In this document: positions 26,022 through 32,123 of the stretch, piece after piece
How positions within the stretch are numbered: position 1 is the first letter of the stretch
How the letters are laid out: each line of letters opens with the position of its first letter
NCBI GenBank assembly: GCA_046539005.1
Contig: JBKHHV010000002.1
Location: forward strand, 1-34,290
Direction of reading: 5' to 3'
DNA: 34,290 nt
Source: Phycisphaerae bacterium
GTDB lineage: Bacteria; Planctomycetota; Phycisphaerae; SM23-33
Position numbers and translations under genes: made by a program
The notes under the pieces: generated by a model
What the model was told of the DNA's origin: nothing
Databases searched by the model: none
What the model saw: the letters and a program-made list of their open reading frames with translations, nothing else

Positions 26022-26669
26022 ATGAAGAAAGCACTTGCAGTAATTATGGTTGGATTGCTGGCCAGCGTCTCCAGCGCTGCGACGATCATCGAGTTCAGCG
26101 ATCCTGTCGACGTCACCTTTGACGGCCAGACGTACGTGAGCCGGACGGTCAGCCTGCGCGGTACCGAAGGTGAGATCATTGACGCCTTCACCGCCGAGTT
26201 CACGGCCGGCAGCACGACGATGAGCCAAGTTTGGGAAGATCTCGGCCGGGGTCCGGTGCCTGATACGGTATTCCCGGATGCCTTCCGCACCTACAGCGAT
26301 CCCGAAGAGACCATTGACACCCATTTTCTGATGCTGGCAGATGAGGTGCTCTGGGTAGAAGGTCTCCCGAAGGACGAAAGCACCCCCACCTTCTACGACA
26401 ACACGCAGTTTTACGCAATGGGCTGCAACGACCTGTTGGAACTCAGTGCGGCTCTTGCCCCGTCCAAGCAGGCCAATGTCGTGCCGCTGGCTCAGATTGT
26501 CTTCTGCCCGGAGGCGACCAGTTCCGATTACATCAACTATGCGATTTCCATCGGATCGGGCGGCGAAGAGAGCGAACTCATGAGCGGCCAACTGTTGGTC
26601 CCCGAGCCGGCTACGATGAGCCTGCTGGCACTGGGTGGCCTGGCCGGTCTGATCCGTCGTCGTCGCTAA
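26022..26669 (+). CDS. PEP-CTERM sorting-domain protein (215 aa)
   Basis: The signal peptide is MKKALAVIMVGLLASVSSAA. The C-terminus is ...QLLVPEPATMSLLALGGLAGLIRRRR. GAGGAGAG lies upstream. Confidence 0.85.
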   Translation: MKKALAVIMVGLLASVSSAATIIEFSDPVDVTFDGQTYVSRTVSLRGTEGEIIDAFTAEFTAGSTTMSQVWEDLGRGPVPDTVFPDAFRTYSDPEETIDTHFLMLADEVLWVEGLPKDESTPTFYDNTQFYAMGCNDLLELSAALAPSKQANVVPLAQIVFCPEATSSDYINYAISIGSGGEESELMSGQLLVPEPATMSLLALGGLAGLIRRRR

Positions 26670-26742
26670 GACAACGACACCTGCTGTCTCGCTCAAGGCA
26701 GCAGAGGCTGTCCAGACCGGACGGCAACAAGAAGCAACTGAA

Positions 26743-26774
26743 GGGCCCGTTCCTCACGGAGCGGGCCCTTTTCT
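26743..26774 (+). terminator. Rho-independent terminator
   Basis: GGGCCCGTTCC-TCAC-GGAGCGGGCCC is an 11-bp stem with one G-U pair, followed by TTTTCT. Confidence 0.75.
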
Positions 26775-27098
26775 AATGGTGACCCCGGAATGCGTGGGCA
26801 AAGGGTGAACGCCCTCCGCGGCCGTGGCCCAGGATGATGGCGGCTCAGGAACAACGCGGCCTCGCCAAGGCGGTGTCCCGAAGGCGCGGCGTCATGGACA
26901 AGTAACGTAGTCTGCAGAGAACCCGTGTCTTGATGCCGGGCATGAACTGCCAACGCGAACACAGGGCGCGCGTGTTCGAATATGTTGGGAGGTGTTGGCG
27001 TAAGAGATTGTGGGATCGTAGGCTATCTGTGGCATGGTGCACCCGAAGATTCTCTGCTTCTGATAGCCAAAAAGTGGCGCAGCAGCGGCTTTTGGGGG

Positions 27099-27126
27099 TT
27101 GACATGCGGCAAAAATCAGGTATCAT
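27099..27126 (+). promoter_or_regulatory. Candidate sigma70-like promoter (TTGACA-N16-TATCAT)
   Basis: Perfect -35 and 5/6 -10 hexamers within a low-GC spacer, about 370 nt upstream of the ATG at 27498. Confidence 0.5.
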
Positions 27127-27497
27127 TAAGAGCATGCAAGGAGTAGGACAAGAGCCTCTACAAATCTGAGTCCTGCGAGCCTGCAGAGGCGGTGTTGAGG
27201 ACATCGCCCGCGAGACTGAGGTCATGTCTCGAACGTCGAATCTAACGGAGGTAGTCGGAAGTACGGAGTTGTCTTGTTGCGGTTCTTCACGCCCCCGTTT
27301 TGGCATTCGAATATCGCAAGTATTCCCAGCGTTACTGTGCGCAGTTCTCTGCGTTCGGAAGGAGGTGGATGGGTAACGCGAATTCATTTCTCTGAGGTAA
27401 GCAGTCCGCCACGTGAGGCGGCGCTGTGCTGGAATCTGTAACTCATATCTGTACCCCGAGGAGTCCTTTTACGAGGGACAAAGGAAGGAGAATTGAG

Positions 27498-28235
27498 ATG
27501 AAGAAGCTTCTGGCAATTCTGGTCGTTTGTGCGATGGTGGCCCCCGCGATGGCGGATTTCACTGCGACGGCGTCGGTTCCGCAGGATTTCGCCGGCTATG
27601 ACCAAGTGAACACGGACCCCAACCCGCGTGCTGATTTCACGGCCGAGATCGGCAACTGGTCTGGTGCGTGGCGCGACAATGTCGAGGATGGAGATGACAA
27701 CTGGCTGGCCACGAATAGTGGGCACCTGGTCAAGGAAGATGCAACCGTGGCTGGCCCCGGTTACATCGGTGCCTTCGTCGGTTCCAACGGTGACTACAAC
27801 CAGTGGAGCTACAAGTTCACTGCCGACAGTGCGATGACCGCGATTGACTACCTGGCTGCCGTCACTGTCTACCGCCTCGCGGATCGCTCCCGTCGTCTGA
27901 AGATGACCGTGAACGTGAATGGAAGTGAGCAGAACGAGATGTTCACCGGTTACTGGGGTGACGTGGACGGCGTCGACTACGATATCAGCTCGGCCACCCC
28001 CAGTGGTTTCGGTCAGATCATCGCCCCGCAGCAGTTCACCATCGACGGCCTCAGCATCGCTCCGGGCGATCAGGTCGAGATCCTCATGCAGATGGTCCAG
28101 AACGATGGTGGCCCCGGCGGCAGCAGCAGGGCCAAGAGCCTGGGCATCGGCGTGCAGTTCATCCCCGAGCCGGCCACGATGAGCCTGCTGGCCCTGGGTG
28201 GCCTGGGTGCCCTGATCCGTCGTCGTCGCAGCTAA
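27498..28235 (+). CDS. PEP-CTERM sorting-domain protein (245 aa)
   Basis: ATG at 27498 follows GGAAGGAGA. The product starts MKKLLAILVVCAMVAPAMA (signal peptide) and ends ...VQFIPEPATMSLLALGGLGALIRRRRS. The track start at 27426 (GTG) precedes the signal peptide and is unlikely. Confidence 0.85.
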   Translation: MKKLLAILVVCAMVAPAMADFTATASVPQDFAGYDQVNTDPNPRADFTAEIGNWSGAWRDNVEDGDDNWLATNSGHLVKEDATVAGPGYIGAFVGSNGDYNQWSYKFTADSAMTAIDYLAAVTVYRLADRSRRLKMTVNVNGSEQNEMFTGYWGDVDGVDYDISSATPSGFGQIIAPQQFTIDGLSIAPGDQVEILMQMVQNDGGPGGSSRAKSLGIGVQFIPEPATMSLLALGGLGALIRRRRS

Positions 28236-28285
28236 CGCAACGACCCACCGACTGCCCCCGAGGCAGCGGAAAGAAGCATCCGAGA

Positions 28286-28319
28286 GGGCCCGTTCCGACA
28301 AGGAGCGGGCCCTTTCTTT
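28286..28319 (+). terminator. Rho-independent terminator (paralog of the one at 26743)
   Basis: GGGCCCGTTCC-GACAA-GGAGCGGGCCC followed by TTTCTTT. The stem arms are identical to those of the terminator at 26743-26768. Confidence 0.75.
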
Positions 28320-28724
28320 AATGCGCAGACTTCGCCGCCCGCCGTAGGTTCGGCTGCAAATCGGCCGAACTCTCGGCCGTGGCGGGGCGTACAGAGACGC
28401 ATCGGGCTGAAGTCGTCGGCCGAATGGGCCGATGTCCATGCAGCGGTCTCTTGGAGCAGTCGCAGCCGGCGTCCTGGCGCATCGGGGCTTTGACAGGGCT
28501 TTCTGCCCGGTGCGGAGGCAGGGGCTTTCGGTCCGACGGTCCGGAGAACCAACGCTTGTATTCGCTCGCAAGGCAACGATAATGGACACTGCGCTATCGG
28601 CCCGGCCGGACCGGACGAAAGGGCCCGGCCTGGAAAAGAGACTCACTTCCACGCCGGTGGGGTGTCTGACAGACGCGGTATCGTACACATCTTTATTCGC
28701 CCCCGTGGGGCAAGAGGAGACGTC

Positions 28725-30104
28725 ATGAGGAAGGCAGCCGTTCTTGTGCTTGTGATGTTGCTGGCAACGACCACGATGACCCATGCGGACGCGACCAGCG
28801 ATGCGCTGGCGAAGATCTCCAAGAAGACCGACGGCGCGGTCGCCATGCTCGCGGTCACCATCAAGACGCAGTTGGACACGCGCGCGGCGGGCGGCCCGGC
28901 CATCTGCATCGACGCCCAGCGGGGCATTTTCCTGACCACCGCCCTGAGCCCCGGCCTCCGCAGCGAGGACGTGCAGAAATGCGAACTGGCGGTTTCCGGT
29001 ACCGGCAAGCGCATCAAGGGCAAGCTGCTGGGCATCGACCCCGGCACGGGCCTGGGCTTTGTCGAGGCCACCGAGAAGCACGACTGGAAGGAGATCCAGT
29101 TCTCCGCCAAGTCGGGCCTGGAGATGGGCGACAAGGTCGTCTCGGCGGGGCTCATGCTCAACGTGCCGTCGTTCCCCACCTTCCTGGGCACCGGCTACGT
29201 GGGCGCGAAGCTGCGTCTGCCCGACCACCTCATCTACGTGACCGGCGGGTCGCTGACCAGCGTCTGCTCCCCGGTGTTCAGCATGGACGGCCGCGCGATC
29301 GGCATCGTGGGTCGCCAGTTGTTCATGGACTACCAGACGGCGACGCGCCGGGGCCCGGTGGCCCTTCCGCTGAAGGGCACCAACGCCACGTCGTTCTTCG
29401 TACCTGTCGAGGAGTTCGTGGACGTGCTGACGAACATCCCCACCGGCGGCAAGACCCGCCGCCTCTCGTGGCTCGGCGTCAATACCTTCAAGCCCGTCGC
29501 CAGTGAAGACGCCGGCGGAAAGGTGGCCGTCGAGATCGGCCAGGTGATCCCCGACCAGCCCGCCGCCAAGGCCGGTCTGCAGGAAGGCGACGTCATCGTC
29601 GGTGTCGACGGCAAGGGCCTGGAAGAACTGGGCACCCCGAAGTTGACGATGCAGAACTTCGTGCGGGACCTCACCCGCATGTCGGCCGGGAGTACCGTGA
29701 AGTTCACCGTCCTGCGCGGGACCGAGACGAAGGAGTACCCGGTCAAGCTCGCGGTGATGCCCAAGACCCGCGCCGAAGCCAAGCGGTACATCAACAAAGA
29801 GATCGGCCTGGCCATTCGGGAGAAGGTCATGCTGGACAAGTACCTCGATGACAGCCCGACGGCCGACGTGGAGGGTCTGGTGGTGATCAACCTCGGCAAG
29901 GGCATGGCTGCCCAGGCGGCCGGCGTGCTGCCCGGCGACGTGATTACCCACGTCGGCGAGCAGAAAGTCTCCACCGTGGACGCTTTCACGCAGTTGCTGG
30001 AGCAGGACCTTGCCCAAACCGGCGTCACGCAGTTCACCATCCGTCGTGGCGACGGGGTGGTCAAGCCGGTCATTCGCCCGGTGAAGCGGGGCAACAACCG
30101 CTGA
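28725..30104 (+). CDS. Secreted HtrA/DegP-like protein with two PDZ domains and an apparently degenerate catalytic triad
   Basis: The signal peptide is MRKAAVLVLVMLLATTTMTHA. The trypsin-fold region aligns by eye to DegP, but His, Asp and Ser are replaced: FLTTALSP for TNNHVV, TGLGFVEA for SDIALIQI, and TSVCSPVF for GNSGGALV. PDZ-like segments are VEIGQVIPDQPAAKAGLQEGDVIVGVDG and VVINLGKGMAAQAAGVLPGDVITHVGE. Confidence 0.75.
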   Translation: MRKAAVLVLVMLLATTTMTHADATSDALAKISKKTDGAVAMLAVTIKTQLDTRAAGGPAICIDAQRGIFLTTALSPGLRSEDVQKCELAVSGTGKRIKGKLLGIDPGTGLGFVEATEKHDWKEIQFSAKSGLEMGDKVVSAGLMLNVPSFPTFLGTGYVGAKLRLPDHLIYVTGGSLTSVCSPVFSMDGRAIGIVGRQLFMDYQTATRRGPVALPLKGTNATSFFVPVEEFVDVLTNIPTGGKTRRLSWLGVNTFKPVASEDAGGKVAVEIGQVIPDQPAAKAGLQEGDVIVGVDGKGLEELGTPKLTMQNFVRDLTRMSAGSTVKFTVLRGTETKEYPVKLAVMPKTRAEAKRYINKEIGLAIREKVMLDKYLDDSPTADVEGLVVINLGKGMAAQAAGVLPGDVITHVGEQKVSTVDAFTQLLEQDLAQTGVTQFTIRRGDGVVKPVIRPVKRGNNR

Positions 30105-30130
30105 CAGAGCCGCCCGCAGGCACATTCATT

Positions 30131-30169
30131 CGGCCCGGGACGTTTCGGCGTCTCGGGCCGTTCTTTTCT
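30131..30169 (+). terminator. Rho-independent terminator
   Basis: CGGCCCGGGACG-TTTCGG-CGTCTCGGGCCG is a 12-bp stem with one G-U pair, followed by TTCTTTTCT. Confidence 0.8.
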
Positions 30170-30230
30170 GGCATTGTTTCGCAGGCGCGAAGATGGCTGT
30201 TTCGGCTCTGTTGGGGGGGCGCAAACGGGC

Positions 30231-30258
30231 TTGTCCGGTAGGGCGAATCTGGTATAAT
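30231..30258 (+). promoter_or_regulatory. Candidate sigma70-like promoter with extended -10 (TTGTCC-N16-TATAAT, TGG immediately 5' of the -10)
   Basis: Perfect TATAAT at 30253-30258 preceded by TGG, with a 4/6 -35 hexamer. It lies about 117 nt upstream of the ATG at 30375. Confidence 0.5.
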
Positions 30259-30374
30259 ATGGGCGGATCATGGGGAGCGGATCCCTCTGGAGGAATGGTC
30301 CTTCGCAGTTCTGAGCATTTGCCACATCGGCCCTGCATGGTCGGAGTCCCGCTGTGGTATTGAGTGAGGCCGTC

Positions 30375-31106
30375 ATGAGCAGGTTTGCAGTCACGGTTCC
30401 CATCGCCTTGGCGTTGCTGGCGATGGTCGGTTTGGCCGGTGCGGGCACATCGGAGGGCGTTCTGGGCGACGGGAACGTCTCCCTGCTGTACAACGCCGGC
30501 ACGGGCAGCCTGACCGTCTACTCCGACGGGAATGCACTGGATGCACTGTCGATCGAGTCTGCCGGGTCGTTGATGGATCCCAACCTCGCCAACCTTCCCA
30601 GCGAGATAGTGGACGGCCACGACGGGTACGTCATCAAGAATGCCTCCGCGGACATCATCGGCTTCATCGCCTTCAGGCACTGGGACAACCCCCAGGTATT
30701 GGTCGACACCGGCTGGAACCTCGGACCGATCCTGCCCGAGGGGCTGGACGAGGCGACGCTGCTGGCAGATATGACCATCGAATACAGCCTCTGGGACTTT
30801 TACGAGGGTGCCAACCTGGGCGATCTTCTGTATGGCATTCCCGGCGATGCCAACCTCGACGGAAAAGTCAGCCTCGCCGACCTCAGCGCCCTGGCTGGCA
30901 ACTGGGGCAGCGCGTCGGTCGGTTTTGTCGAGGGCGACTTCAATGACGACAACAACGTCAGCCTTGCCGATCTTAGCGCCTTGGCGGGCAACTGGGGCTT
31001 CGGCACCGAGACGGGCACGGCGATGGCGCCATCGGCGGTTCCGGAGCCTGCGACGCTGGCGCTGCTGGCAGTGGGGTGCGCAGGGATCGTTCGACGCAAG
31101 AGATAG
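30375..31106 (+). CDS. PEP-CTERM sorting-domain protein with dockerin-like repeat pair (243 aa)
   Basis: MSRFAVTVPIALALLAMVGLAGAGTSEG is the signal peptide. The C-terminus is ...PSAVPEPATLALLAVGCAGIVRRKR. The track start at 30354 is a GTG seven codons upstream of this ATG. Confidence 0.8.
   Translation: MSRFAVTVPIALALLAMVGLAGAGTSEGVLGDGNVSLLYNAGTGSLTVYSDGNALDALSIESAGSLMDPNLANLPSEIVDGHDGYVIKNASADIIGFIAFRHWDNPQVLVDTGWNLGPILPEGLDEATLLADMTIEYSLWDFYEGANLGDLLYGIPGDANLDGKVSLADLSALAGNWGSASVGFVEGDFNDDNNVSLADLSALAGNWGFGTETGTAMAPSAVPEPATLALLAVGCAGIVRRKR
30843..30995 (+). repeat. Dockerin-like repeat pair
   Basis: GDANLDGKVSLADLSALAGNW ... GDFNDDNNVSLADLSALAGNW. Confidence 0.75.
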
Positions 31107-31132
31107 CTGCAACGGCCGGACCAGACATCCAA

Positions 31133-31169
31133 GGGCATCGCTCACTGAAGAGCGGTGCCCTTTTGCTTT
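31133..31169 (+). terminator. Rho-independent terminator
   Basis: GGGCATCGCTC-ACTGAA-GAGCGGTGCCC is an 11-bp stem with one G-U pair, followed by TTTTGCTTT. Confidence 0.8.
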
Positions 31170-31304
31170 GAGAAGGGCTCCAAAGGATCCAAATCGGTGA
31201 AATGGCTTTTCATTCTGTTTTAAATTGGTAAACTTTTCAGCCTGAGCGCGGCCGCCGCAGGGCGTGCGCACGTTCCATGACTGGCTTAACGAGGCAGACC
31301 TTAC

Positions 31305-32057
31305 ATGGTGGAACAGAACCAGAACCTGCAGCCAAACCGCGATCCTCTGATCGAGGCCCGGGACGTGGAACGTGTTTACCGGACCGGTGACACGGAAGTA
31401 TACGCGCTTCGGTCGATCAGTCTGACGATCTACCAGGGCGAGTATCTCTCGTTGATGGGCCCCTCGGGGTCGGGCAAGACGACCTTCTTCAACATGGTTG
31501 GAGCCCTCGACTTCCCCACCGACGGGGAGGTCCGGATCGGGGGGCGCAATCTCAGCGAACTCTCCTCGCCCCAGCTTGCGTATCTGCGCTGCGTGAATAT
31601 CGGGTACATCTTCCAGAACTACAACCTGATCGAGGTCTTCAGCGCCCTGGACAACGTCAAGCTGCCCCTGCGGATCCGCGGGGTTGCCGACGGCGAGGCC
31701 GACGATCGTGCCAAGGAGTTGCTGGCCTCGGTAGGGCTGGGGCACCGCTACGGACACCTGCCCGGCGAGCTTTCCGGCGGGCAGCAGCAGCGGGTCGCCA
31801 TAGCTCGGGCGCTGGCGAACAACCCCAGCCTGGTCCTTGCCGACGAGCCCACCGGAAACCTCGACTCCACGACCGGCCACGAGATCGTGACGTTGCTCAG
31901 CGACCTCAGCGACAAGCACGGCGTGACGGTTGTATCGGCAACGCACGACCACCGCATGCTGGACGTTTCCGACCGCGTGGTGTACCTGCGGGACGGAATG
32001 GTCGAGCGGATCGTCTCCCGAAAGGATCTCAATATCTCCATTGGGTCGGTGGATTAG
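31305..32057 (+). CDS. ABC transporter ATP-binding protein, MacB/LolD/FtsE-like subfamily
   Basis: Walker A is GPSGSGKTT, the signature motif is LSGGQQQRVAIARAL, and Walker B/D-loop is LVLADEPTGNLD. 250 aa. Confidence 0.9.
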   Translation: MVEQNQNLQPNRDPLIEARDVERVYRTGDTEVYALRSISLTIYQGEYLSLMGPSGSGKTTFFNMVGALDFPTDGEVRIGGRNLSELSSPQLAYLRCVNIGYIFQNYNLIEVFSALDNVKLPLRIRGVADGEADDRAKELLASVGLGHRYGHLPGELSGGQQQRVAIARALANNPSLVLADEPTGNLDSTTGHEIVTLLSDLSDKHGVTVVSATHDHRMLDVSDRVVYLRDGMVERIVSRKDLNISIGSVD

Positions 32058-32123
32058 GCCCTCTGTGCCTGTCGGAGCGGACTACCGCCGGCGGGTCTCC
32101 CCGGACGCAAAAGGTACAAGAGC

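Noticed and set aside
26845-27387. 180-aa minus-strand ORF and 79-aa plus-strand ORF (26930..27169) in the low-GC spacer
   Set aside because: The translations are R/C/S/T-rich with no hydrophobic periodicity. No ribosome-binding site is evident, and the GC content differs from that of all confident genes. I treated them as non-coding and discuss the spacer as a finding instead.
28487-28492. TTGACA hexamer upstream of the HtrA-like gene as a promoter -35 element
   Set aside because: No A/T-rich -10 hexamer lies at 15-19 nt spacing; the sequence there is cggagg. A weaker TTGTAT-N16-GATAAT element at 28556-28583 is possible but too degenerate to report as a feature.
18764-31000. Repeated ~45-nt units (VSLADLSALAGNW-coding) considered as a possible CRISPR-like or interspersed DNA repeat
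   Set aside because: All copies are in-frame inside coding regions, encode the same dockerin-like peptide and are not regularly spaced. They are protein-domain repeats, not a CRISPR array or mobile repeat.
27384-31952. Two long minus-strand ORFs (27384..30125, 913 aa; 30126..31952, 608 aa) antisense to PEP-CTERM, HtrA-like and ABC ATPase genes
   Set aside because: There are no recognisable motifs and the composition is biased (R/G/A/H/V). They span terminators and promoters of the plus-strand genes. The plus-strand genes carry Walker motifs, PDZ domains and sorting signals.
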